A stretch of DNA of 64,000 nucleotides from Geosiphon pyriformis uo1 (Eukaryota > Fungi > Glomeromycota). Under the pieces are notes generated by a model. The model had not been told where the DNA came from. It searched no databases and worked only from the letters and a program-made list of their open reading frames with translations. The stretch is taken from contig JAAOMT010000295.1 in NCBI GenBank assembly GCA_016748015.1, positions 310,001-374,000 on the forward strand, in the 5' to 3' direction. Within the stretch, counting starts at the first letter, position 1, and each line of letters opens with the position of its first letter. Shown in pieces: positions 51,434 to 62,049 of the stretch. A program made the translations under genes and the position numbers.

Positions 51434-54400
51434 TCATATAGCTTCCTGCTGTTTCAGCTGATGCTTCAGTTGAGCAATCTCAGATGCACACTCGATAGCG
51501 CGTGACTTTTAAGGCAAAAGAGGACGAGTTAGTTTCAAAAGCAGAAAAAGTCGAACTCGATTAAGTCAAAAGTGGTCCTACCTCTAATTCTTCGTTTTTT
51601 TGTCTAACTTTTTCATATTGCTCGTTCGATTTTTGAATTTCCCTTGAAAGCTTGTCACGATCCAATTCCCAAATTTTTATCTGAACAATATTTCAAATTG
51701 GAAATGGAGAAGAACATTAATCTTTGAGTCCAGACAACAAAATTATTCTCCACAAGTTTCTTCTAACCTGCTTTTGAAACGCCGATCCTTCTTCAACTGT
51801 TTCTTTGATCGTACTTTTAAGTTGAAGTTTCAAATCATCAATTGTGCGTGATTGTTCACTAAGAAATAATTAAATCAATGTTATTTCTCGAATAGAATTA
51901 AAGAATTTGAATATTAATTATTTCAAGGCGGAAACAATGCAGACCTCACAAAGATCCTTAATTTTACAATTTCCTGTTCATCCGTTTGCAATAAGATTTT
52001 CAATTCGTGCCAACGATTAACCAAGATTTCCATTTGCCGTTTTTGTTCTTGAAATTTACGCGTATCTTCTTGCCTAGCACATTCATTTGGTAAATATTTT
52101 CGAACGAATTCGTTATTAAAAACAGTATACTTACCAAAGCAACAGTTCCTTTGTTAATTGGTAATTGCGATGCTCGTATTCCGTTAATTGCTCTAGTTTT
52201 GGCTCTAACACTTTAAGCTGGTTCTCCAAAGAGAAGACCCTATCGTAAATAAAATAAAATTCAGTACCGGAAAAACATGAAATTAGATCAAGATCAAGAC
52301 TAACTTGGCATTTGTTTCGTCAATTTGCCTGTTCTGGGAATCGATAACAAGCTGAAAATTGGATAGAGACAAATTTTGGGTAAATCTTTTCCGAAAACAA
52401 GGTGGGAATTTCATACTTTCAGTCAAAGTTTTTGTTCTTTTAACGCTTCTTATACCTTTGCTTCCAAAATTTGGTGGTTCAGGCGATCGCTGGTGATCTT
52501 CCATTCTTTTTTCTCCTCTCTATAGATCTGATATTTTTTATTCAGTTCATTTTCCCGTTGAACTTGCTTTTTTTTATTGCTGGCGGTTTCCGTTTTAAGT
52601 CTGTTAAAAGTTGATTGTGTGTTGGCCAGTTGTGATTTCAAGTTACGGCAAGTATTGTACAAATTTTGTCTTTCCGCTTCAACACTGCTATCCAGTACGT
52701 GATCACGATGCAAGCGTCCAATGTGTTGCATGTGTTGCTGTTTTAAATAAAGTTCAAAATTTAACTCATTCCTGAGCAGCATAATTTCTCGTTGAAGAAA
52801 AGAAATGGTGGCTTCACTATCTGAAGCAAGCCGTAATGGTGGAGACATTGTCACCAAATCATCAGGCTGAGAAGATTTCGAATTCGAAACAGCAATGATT
52901 TGAGAAGCCTAAACAAAAATTATTCATCAAAACCGGAGTTTCAATAAAATTCATGAGTTTCTTCCTTAACTTACCCAGGGATCATCACCAACCACAATGT
53001 CTACACCGCTTTTCAAAGCCTGGTGTACTTCTAGAATATCACGGATTGATATAGCTTGCGACAATTTTCTGGACTTATCTCTCTTCTGATATTCTTCAAC
53101 GGGAAGTTCTAATTCTTCGATTGGCGATTTTTTGAGTTCCTGACCAACCATTTTTGAACCCGATACAGCAAGGGCACTTTCGATGTCAAAGCCGATGCAT
53201 TCAGCCACTAAATCGGCAGGCTCAAGCTTCATCCAACGTTTGGTGTCTGACAATTCCTTCTTGTAATTACTAAGGACCAAATCTGGATGTAGTGTATGCC
53301 TTCGAAAAAGAGGCTTTGTTGAAAATTAATCTCAAATGAATAGATCTTCCCATTAATTATTATTTTTAATCAAGTTTGCTTTACCTGACTCCTAGATCGA
53401 ATGACTTCATCATCAATATCCTCGGATATATGAACATAGTTCATTTCTTGTACCCATGAGGTAGGGTTTTGTAAAAACTTGACAGTATTGCATGGAAACA
53501 TTCCATATAAAAAGGTAAAAAGCTGACGACAATCTGGAGGTGTCGAGGGAGCAGTGTCAAAAGTCGAATCTGAAATAGTAGTAAATTTCAGATTATTCCT
53601 AAACATTATTCATAGAGAACATCGATCATCCTTCTCACAGCATTCGCTCACCAAAACGTTGCCAATTTAATTCGTCGTTTGATTTTCTTGAACGCCTATT
53701 TTCTATCAAGTCTTCATCAGGCAATAAAAAATCATTTTCCCCATTATCAAAGCCTTCAAGTCGAGATGAGCGCTTGTCCCAGCATAAAATTCGAGTAAAA
53801 ATGATGTAGAGTTGAGGAAGATAAGGTATTACGGAGGTACATATATGAGGCATGAGCATGATAAGGGTGGTGAGAGATAAAGACAGAAGGATAGTGGAGG
53901 TATCTTTCTGTCGAAAGAAAAAAAGCGATATAAAGCAGTTAGATAATTTATGGTACAGGCTCAAAGGGAGAACATGATATTTCGTTGAATATTTTGATAT
54001 ACCTGGAGCGAAGTGAGCAATGAATCAAAAAGAGATGTTTCCAGGATCTGGTGAATGTGCATGCTCTATATGTTTATAACGAACTTGGTCAAAAAGAATG
54101 TATCAAGATCCAAAGCTCGGATAAACACGTATGATAAAGGCAGCAAAATGCAACATGACCAGTCCACCTGCCGCCGAATGAATTCACAAAGCAGAGTTAA
54201 CACCTGCAAACGATACTGGCATTGTACAAAATAGGTATTTAACAAAACGAAAAAATCCTACAAAATTAAATTCAGTTAAGAAAAAAGCCCAAGGGTATTA
54301 ATGACTCAACATTTAATTAAGACCTTAGTTTGGACAGAACCGAATCCCCTTAGCACAGTCTCAAGATTTCGGCACCAATATGAATGAACCTCTTCCCCTA

Positions 54401-54860
54401 CGACCCCATGTTCTCCACCAGCCGCTTTTCCTACTAGGCTAAACTCTTTAATGTAAAGTTCAATAACATCTGCTCTAAATTTTAGGGCATGTTTTGTGTT
54501 ACAGGACAAAATATCCCGAGTTATGCCCTTCACTTCTTCAATAGTATCTTTGGGTTGGAAAGGTGTCCTTAAGATGGGTTGCAATATTGGATCCCACCAG
54601 TCTAAAATGAATGTATCTGGCCCAAGTAGGGGGAGCAAAGCTCGTACGCACTTAAAAAAGAAACAAAAATTTTCGGAATCTTGAATGGAATTGTAGACTG
54701 ATATAAGGTCTGTTGAAACGTTATGAGCCTTCTCGAGTTCGAAAGGTAGATCTTGAGAAGCGACAAAGGAATCGATGAGATTAATTTCTGTTTGTAAGTC
54801 AGGATTTGAAGAAGTGATGGAAGAAGATATGTTGCGTATTATGTCTTTGAAACTTGACAT
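51434..54860 (-). CDS. TSC1: Hamartin / TSC1 homologue, multi-exon
   Basis: LTTLIMLMPHIC; LFTFLYGMFPCNTVKFL; LAFRRH-type segment then WMKLEPADLVAEC; LQREIMLLRNELNFELYLKQQHMQHIGRL and a long coiled coil; stop at 51434. Confidence 0.92.
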
Positions 54861-55342
54861 TTCTAAAAAAGGTCTGTTAAGTTGGCAATAAAATTAGCTC
54901 AAAGGTTTTTTTAATAGTTATTAGAAAGAATCTTTCCCAATAGTGAGAGGGAATGATAATCATTATATCTCCCAGACCGAGAAATTGAAGAAACATGCAA
55001 CCCTTGTAGATCATTGATCAACGTCGAGAATGAAGATCAGGGGATTTTGTTATCGGGGTTTTTTGTTTCTGTAAACTGAACTACTTTTCTTGTTTTCTTC
55101 ACTTTGATAAATGTTCATAATTTCAACAACCACAATGGTACTTTCTTTCTTTCTTTCTTTTCGTGAGTCATTCTTTAAGAGTGTTTTATTAATTCCTTAC
55201 TAAAATGAACTCTTTAGATCATTCATATACCAGATTTAATTGTTTTATTTAGCTTCTTCTCACTAGGTAGGGTTTTACTTTTGTTGGAAAGTTAATATTT
55301 TATAACAAGATCAAAAATTATTGGTCTCTAACTTGAATCTCC

Positions 55343-55989
55343 ATGGCCAAAGTTACCTCGGCTCCTCAAAATGACACCACTACAACGGAACCTGATCAAG
55401 GTAAAATGACACGAAAAATTTTAAAGTTTTTCAAAGAAAGAAAAGAAAAGAAAAGATTAATGCTTGTTACACTCATTCATATGAAAGAATTCCTGGATTT
55501 GGGTTGCCTGAACACTTACAAAGTGGTAAGTCTGATAAATTTTTAGCTCTCTTTAACAATCGATTCCACGATTGATAAAGACATTTTTTATTAAATTAGA
55601 CATTGGCGATTTCAGCGGTCTTAGTCATAGTCCTCATAATATGTATCCGACGTGCTAATCGATTGATACCTAGTGGAGTTTATTACGCGTTACAACCTCG
55701 TAGTAACCCAACTGATGATGATCCTGTTTTATATCACGGTTTATTGGATGAAGATTATGCTAATCCACTAGAGTTGGAGGAAAACATAATTACTCAACCT
55801 AGATTTCGTGATGACTACGAAAATGAGAATGAGAATTTTATCAATTCTGAATCTAATGAACATTTTGATCATGTATCCCAACCAATTAAAGATGAAAATG
55901 TGACTATTGTCATAAATGATTCCAAAAATTCTAAAAGTTTCTTTAGCATCGTCAATGACGAATCAGACGACGAAAATTTTTTTAAATAG
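55343..55989 (+). CDS. Small single-pass membrane protein with acidic cytoplasmic tail (start uncertain, possibly upstream near 55135)
   Basis: T-rich segment with an NDT sequon; TM LAISAVLVIVLIICI followed by RR; acidic tail; plausible GT-AG introns. Confidence 0.55.
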
Positions 55990-56839
55990 AGAAAATTTCC
56001 TTATGGAAAATATTTTCTTTTTGAGCTAGTCTAAAAATTCAACATAATCAATAGATCAATAAGTGGCATTTTTGAGATTAGAGAAATTTTTTGTTAAGTA
56101 TGAACTTGATTCATCAGGATTGGTTTTTTCAAAAGATTAGATTATAATTAACCTGTATTAAAATAAACTTTTCATCATGATTATTAAAATTAGGATATTT
56201 ACTTTAATAAATCTTGAAAAAAAATAATCGTATATAAAAAGATGAAGAATAATTTTCAATTAAAATATTTTAAAATAATAATTAACAGACTGAATAAAAA
56301 ACCTAAAATATTAAAATAACTATATATTTATTTATTTTATTTTTTTATCTCTGATTAAAATAAAATATAAAAAAAGTTGAGTGTATGTGTATTTATTTAT
56401 TTATTTATTTGATATAAATTTTATTAAATTAATAATTTATTATCTTGAAATATTTTTTGATATATATTTTAACTGAAAATTATACTTATAATTTATGCAA
56501 TCCCATTTTTTAATATTTCTCTTATATTATAGTTGTCATTTTATCGTTAATCTTTATTCATTTTAATAAACTAAAACTTTTCAGACATTTGCAATAATAA
56601 AGGTTTTTGTTGTATTTTTAGAAAATACGTATATTTTATGACGTCACGCGCCTCAAACGGGCATCTAATATTTATTGGGTCTAAATGATAAATTGCAAAT
56701 TACCCCCCGATCGATCAAACCTTCTACCGTCGCCTTAAAAAAAGCATTTTTAAGTTACCTTCCCCTTTGCCGTCTTTCCTCTTTTCTGAGCCAAAATTCT
56801 TGAAATGCTGATACCACGACCACTTCTGCTATCAAGAAA

Positions 56840-57150
56840 GTTTATCTCTGCCCGTGTCTCTAGTGCAAAACAAAAAGAGGATCTCGAGCGACAAAAGCAA
56901 CTCCTCGATTTTCAACCTACGAATTCTTCAGCGACATCTGGTCAGGTATCAATTTCAAGCGATCTGTACTTAAGACCCTATTGGAATGAACAAGTTGCGG
57001 AATGGTGATCACCTACTGTGATAGATTTTGCTGATTTGCCTTCGACCTCTTCCAATACATCTTTTTCCTCCACTGTGAAAAACCCGTGTCTCTCTTTAAC
57101 GAACTGTTTTGTGTCTCCGAATGTTGCTTTGGTATGCAGGGCAAAGGGCC
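56840..57150 (+). pseudogene. tnpA: IS607-family TnpA serine recombinase, frameshifted
   Basis: FISARVSSAKQKEDLERQKQLL (YARVSS catalytic motif). After a frameshift near 56915: EFFSDIWSGINFKRSVLKTLLE*...ITYCDRFC*FAFDLFQYIF, matching the SDIGSGLNFKR...DRLxRFGF motifs. Confidence 0.88.
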
Positions 57151-57169
57151 TGTGATATTATCAAGGAGG

Positions 57170-57822
57170 CAATAAATCAAGCATTGATTCTTAGAAAAGA
57201 AACAATGTAAATTAGCAAAAATTAAACATGAATCAACAAGGGACAAAAGCGAATCACCAAGGTCTATTAACACACCATCATTTCGATCTCGAAAAGATCC
57301 GTGACAAACAATGACAATTCGTTCACAGAATTTTCTATATCACTCATCTACATAATCTATCAATGCTTACTACATATCGTTATAAGCCTGGATAATGACA
57401 AACATGTTTTGTGGCCTCTTGGTTCCAGAATAATAGTTGGCCCGTTCCTCAAGATAATTTAAGATGGCAAGTTCACCTACTCTTGCAAAAGTAATGAGTG
57501 GAATTTTGCCTGGGTATATGAGACGCAAAAACAACTTCACAAAATCCAAGTGGATGGCTCTATTCACTCAGTCTCCATTGATCCTGGCGTCCGTACACCT
57601 TTTGCATGGTACTCTCCCACAAAAGGTTCGGGCAAGATTAGCAAATATTCTATTAGACATAGTTCGCATTTGCAAGTATTTTGACGATCTCATCTCCTAA
57701 AAGGATAAAATGAGACAAGGCGATTTTTCGGATGTGTCGAAAAGTTTTACATCTGCAGAGTGAAATTTAACGGAAATCAGTTAGATTCTTTACCCGCGAA
57801 TTCCACGCCATCGTCATTCCTC
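57170..57822 (+). pseudogene. tnpB: TnpB/Fanzor2-like nuclease fragment, with internal deletions and C-terminal truncation
   Basis: FRSRKDP at ~57281-57301; RuvC-I VSIDPGVRTPFAWYSP (Asp codon 57580); bridge-helix-like AIFRMCRKVLHLQSEI*RKSVRFFTREFHAIVIP. The RuvC-II Glu, zinc finger and RuvC-III were not found. Confidence 0.82.
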
Positions 57823-58184
57823 AAAGAATTAGAGTATCCTAAGTGTACAATACGCCTGCTAAAGCATATGATCTCAATAATCATTTCTTTCATGATGGAA
57901 ACTTTCATCAGTAAATCATAACTCCCCTGAAAAGCGTAAGGTTCATAAATAAAACTGGTAACTTTTACGTGACCATGTCTTTAACGTAACAATGACAAAG
58001 TATGACATATGTTAATTATATCTATGATGTATTGATGTACCAAACTTACTGATTCTTTGAGTGAAGAGTGAGATTAATTATTCATGAAAGAGATATATAA
58101 ACACGGTAAGTTTACTTCACAAATAATAATAAACTCATCGACTGACCTAAAAATACAACCTTTTACTCAACATAAAAATCAACT

Positions 58185-59450
58185 ATGAGCACTGCGGTCG
58201 CAACTTCTGAACCTGTATGTAACTAAAACCGTGGCATTTTAAAAATCGGCAGACCATTCATTTTAATTTGATTGGATTGCATGCTCAATCAATCATCAAT
58301 TTATCCCTCAATTTCGTTAGCGTCCGCCTGTGCCAGGTGAAAAGGAATCATCTATTACGGCTGCAGTGTTGGAAAAGGTTGCCAGTTTCACTCAAACGTT
58401 TCATCCGGTGAAAAAAATCCATGAACATGTGTGTGGGTTTCATTTTTACTCGTAAGTTTCGAGGGTCTCCTAATTGAATTGTAACATCTATTTTATCTAT
58501 CTTGATAAAAAACTTGAGATTTAATTGTTAAAATTCCCGAATTTATGAAAACAGCCACGACATGACCCGTCAAGTTGAAGCACATCATTACTGCTCTCAC
58601 CTGAATCAAGACGTTCGTCAATGTGTGATTTATGATTCTAGTGATGAAAATGCGAGATTGATCGGTGTGGAGTACATTATCTCTGCGAAGTTGTTCAATA
58701 GCGAGTATTTTCTTGGTTTATCAAATTGCACGCTCAAAAAATATATATATATATATATATATTGAATTTCTTTTCAGGGGAACAAATATGAGATATTTTA
58801 ACAAGAAACACACCACGATTTAATAGATCTCCCAGAAGAAGAAAAAAAGTATTGGCATTCACATGTATACGAAGTTAAGTCCGGTTTACTGGTCACTCCA
58901 ATGTCGTCGATAGTCCCCGACATGGCCGCAAATGAGGCTGAGATGAAGGTCTGCGAGGATTTAATGAATACTTTTGGCAAGGTATATACTCTCTACTTTA
59001 TCACGTTTTTAATTTGTTAGCAAATTTGAAATCTTACATTTTTTAATTATTTCTACAAATCTTTTTTGTGGCTCGAATAAAAGACTTGGCATTTATGGCA
59101 AGTTGATCGCGGTGATGTATTGCCATATGGTAAATTTCTAAAATATTCTTCCATTCCATCAAATCTTGACACTTTTCTAATTCACCTACTTATAAAATCT
59201 CCCTTATCTATTCGTAGGACCTCCACAACTCATGATGTCCTTTGTTGAGGATGGTCAAATCGATAAAATCAAACTTGCCCACCGTGATGAGAAATTTAAG
59301 ATCTCCACCGAGGATAAACGAAAAATGCGAGCTGAGTTGCGTCCTGAACCTGCTATTTTAGCCGATACTCACGTTGATCATTGGCGACATCGTGATGATG
59401 GAATGGCATGGCAGACCCAGATGGAGTTGGTGGCACAAAAGAAGTTGTGA
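58185..59450 (+). CDS. Oil-body-associated protein / DUF1264 family; includes a GC-AG intron at 58701-58826
   Basis: HVCGFHFYS|[15 protein letters not shown]...QCVIYDS...[11 protein letters not shown]; [15 protein letters not shown]; GK|[11 protein letters not shown]; GPPQLMMSF. Confidence 0.92.
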
Positions 59451-59965
59451 AATTTTGAACGAGATAGAAATTAGGCGAGAGAAATTTAAATTTCTATAAG
59501 TATTCACTTAATCGCTATTTTAGATCTAGGCAGATGTTGGTGAGTTTACAAGACTAGCAGTAGTGCAACAGACTAATCCTCACTCAATTTTTATATAAAA
59601 AAGTATTTCTGGTTGGACTTTAATACGAGATCAACTAGAGGATTAAGCCAATCTTTTTGTACGTGGGAAATTTAATCAAAGTGAGGTAAAACTTATTTAC
59701 TGGCCGGGAAATTTTAATCTAAATAAAACTATACAAAAGCTTCCTGAAGTTCCTGTGGTATATTCCTGTCGAAATCGCGCTCAAATTCTTGAGTTCGTCA
59801 CATCCGATCTTCATTTTTTTCTAAAGCTATTATTACGGGTCGGAAAATTTAAAGATTCAGAAATCTTTTTACCTTTGACGAGAGGAACAAAGCTTTTCGT
59901 GGACGGTAGGAATAGTTCCTATCACCATTATTAATATTGATTGGGTGATTTTATTGGAATACTAC

Positions 59966-61702
59966 CTACCCACTTGGACAGCTTTCCTGAGTATGGTTTC
60001 CTTTAATTAAATCGTAGCATGTATCATGAATTAAGGTGTGCTTAACAGCTTCTTTTTCTTTTTCCTCGTTTGAAAAGGACATTCTTTTTCCTGATTCTCG
60101 ATCACGTCTATAAGTCTCTAATTTACGCAGTCTAACAATCTCTCTTTCGCGTTTAAGTGCCGCGTGTGAACATTTATGCAGATTATGATAATCTCGCTCT
60201 CGTCTTGATTGCCTATGATGCTCTTTGTGATCAGATGAAGACATACGACCGAAACGTGAAATTATATGATTACTAATACTAATATGCCTGACGGGACAAT
60301 TCTTTGCCGGATGTAACCCACCACATCGATTAAATATGCACACATGTGAACGTTTACAATGTGGAAATCGACAATCCTCAAAGTTAAACTTGTTACAGAT
60401 TTCATTGCCCTTTTCGTCAAATGCCACTTTATCCCATCGATCATTGCGCAAACTATAAAATCCAGTACGATGTTGCAAAATTGGATAGAAGTATTGGCTC
60501 TCGAGGTCGGGACTAGATATAAGTAAGGTTAACTGACGATCTTCACAAATACGCGTGCGTCTTGCCTGATCATACTTGTAGACCACATCAAAGGAATAGG
60601 TTTCATTTTTGTCGATAATGTGTCGTGCATAGTAATCAAGTTCTTCACGTCGATGAGGATAAAGAGTAAGAATAGCCTCAGTGTATAAATTATATGCTTT
60701 CAACCACTGTAACAGATTCTGAATATTTGCTAAAAAATCGAGATTAACGTACTCATTCAACGCTACCTTTCGCCATATACTTGTCCCCAGTTGTGGTCGA
60801 AGATCTAGCTTGTCAAGTTCGTCTAATGCCCAATCTTGATTATCTAGCCACCACATACGAATTATCTCGTTGACTCGTGCAAATGGATCAGGAATTGCTT
60901 CACATGATGGTATACATCGAGCTATCGAATAATCAAATAAGGGACGTTCTGAAGTCATGATTCCATCTTGTTTCCCATTCCAATTGATGGGAGGTCGATT
61001 CTCGGTGTCATCACGTAATGATGATCTCTCATGATTTAAAGGAATGGATTCAAGTTTCAAACAAGAGACTTGTTGAGGATTCATGGGTGCTGTTGGTGAA
61101 AGCGATGAAAATTGTCGTGAAGGGGCTGGTGTTGCCCAATATACAACTTGACCTTGAGGACTAATCGCAGCTGCATTGTTAGGAAGCCAGAACGTAGCAT
61201 TCGGAGGATTGGCCATTAATGTGTTAGGTGGAATATGAGGTAACTGCCAGTCCGTCATGGTATTAGGACTTGGTTTAGAAAACGGTAAAGGTAATGCAGC
61301 CAAATTAATGGGAGGCGGTGGTGAATGATGACGAAAATTTAAAGGAAACGCTTTTGGAAAAAGGGTTGGCGGCAAATGAGACATCATAGCCTGGTCAGAA
61401 TGACGAGGATTATTATGATTATTATTATTATTATTATTAATTGACTGAAAAATAGGCGAAGACGATGTAGAATAATTTCCAAGGGGAAAAAATCGCGTCT
61501 CAAGTTCTTTTGTTTGACGGTCATATTCAAGCTCTGTTGAGCGATTTGTAAATATAAATTCTTGATTCATGATATAAGGATGACACAGTTGATTCAAATC
61601 CAAACATAAAAATGAATTTGAAAAAGGCGGCGAGGGCAGCGGTAGTGGAAGTGTTGGGCTTTTAATCTGACTATTACGATTCATAAAAGGGGAAGAGATC
61701 AT
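59966..61702 (-). CDS. Intronless 578-aa protein: Pro-rich N-terminus, retrotransposon-Gag-like helical domain, tandem CCCH/CCHC zinc finger
   Basis: WLKAYNLYTEAILTLYPHRREELDYYARHI...VYKYDQARR and ICNKFNFEDCRFPHCKRSHVCIFNRCGGLHPAKNCP resemble ORF1 of tyrosine-recombinase retrotransposons (DIRS/Ngaro type). Confidence 0.75.
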   Translation of the reverse strand: MISSPFMNRNSQIKSPTLPLPLPSPPFSNSFLCLDLNQLCHPYIMNQEFIFTNRSTELEYDRQTKELETRFFPLGNYSTSSSPIFQSINNNNNNNHNNPRHSDQAMMSHLPPTLFPKAFPLNFRHHSPPPPINLAALPLPFSKPSPNTMTDWQLPHIPPNTLMANPPNATFWLPNNAAAISPQGQVVYWATPAPSRQFSSLSPTAPMNPQQVSCLKLESIPLNHERSSLRDDTENRPPINWNGKQDGIMTSERPLFDYSIARCIPSCEAIPDPFARVNEIIRMWWLDNQDWALDELDKLDLRPQLGTSIWRKVALNEYVNLDFLANIQNLLQWLKAYNLYTEAILTLYPHRREELDYYARHIIDKNETYSFDVVYKYDQARRTRICEDRQLTLLISSPDLESQYFYPILQHRTGFYSLRNDRWDKVAFDEKGNEICNKFNFEDCRFPHCKRSHVCIFNRCGGLHPAKNCPVRHISISNHIISRFGRMSSSDHKEHHRQSRRERDYHNLHKCSHAALKREREIVRLRKLETYRRDRESGKRMSFSNEEKEKEAVKHTLIHDTCYDLIKGNHTQESCPSG

Positions 61703-62049
61703 TACATTCGTTGAGAGATTAAATTAGTAAGCCAAAACGGTTGGAATGCTTTGCACCCTGACGTGGTTCTCTCGTAAAGTAGTAATAAATTGCTGAATTG
61801 TACTTGTATAAAGTTAACGCCCATATAAGCACGAAGCTTTCACAGTATTAACTCTATTTCCCTCTTAGATAGATAGAGTCTACAATAAGGGGTGGAATTA
61901 TATGTCTAATATTTCATCCGAGCGAGAAAAAATAGCAGGCAGGTAAACCAAAAATTTAAACTTGAAAACACTATTTTATGATGACCATAATTATAGTGAC
62001 TCACGATATCTGTATTTGATTTGGTAACTAGTAACGTGTTAAGTAAAAA

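Larger units (their letters stand above)
56700..57822 (+). mobile_element. Decayed IS607-like element: TnpA serine recombinase plus TnpB/Fanzor2 RNA-guided nuclease remnant (ends not defined)
   Basis: See the two pseudogene entries; the order TnpA then TnpB is that of IS607. Confidence 0.85.

Noticed and set aside
56805-57008. 67-aa ORF as a real small gene
   Set aside because: It is a chimera of the TnpA frame and the overlapping frame, produced by a frameshift.
59906-59924. Short inverted repeat GGTAGGAA-TAG-TTCCTATC downstream of the Gag-like gene
   Set aside because: A single short hairpin with no matching copy upstream; not enough to call a terminal repeat.
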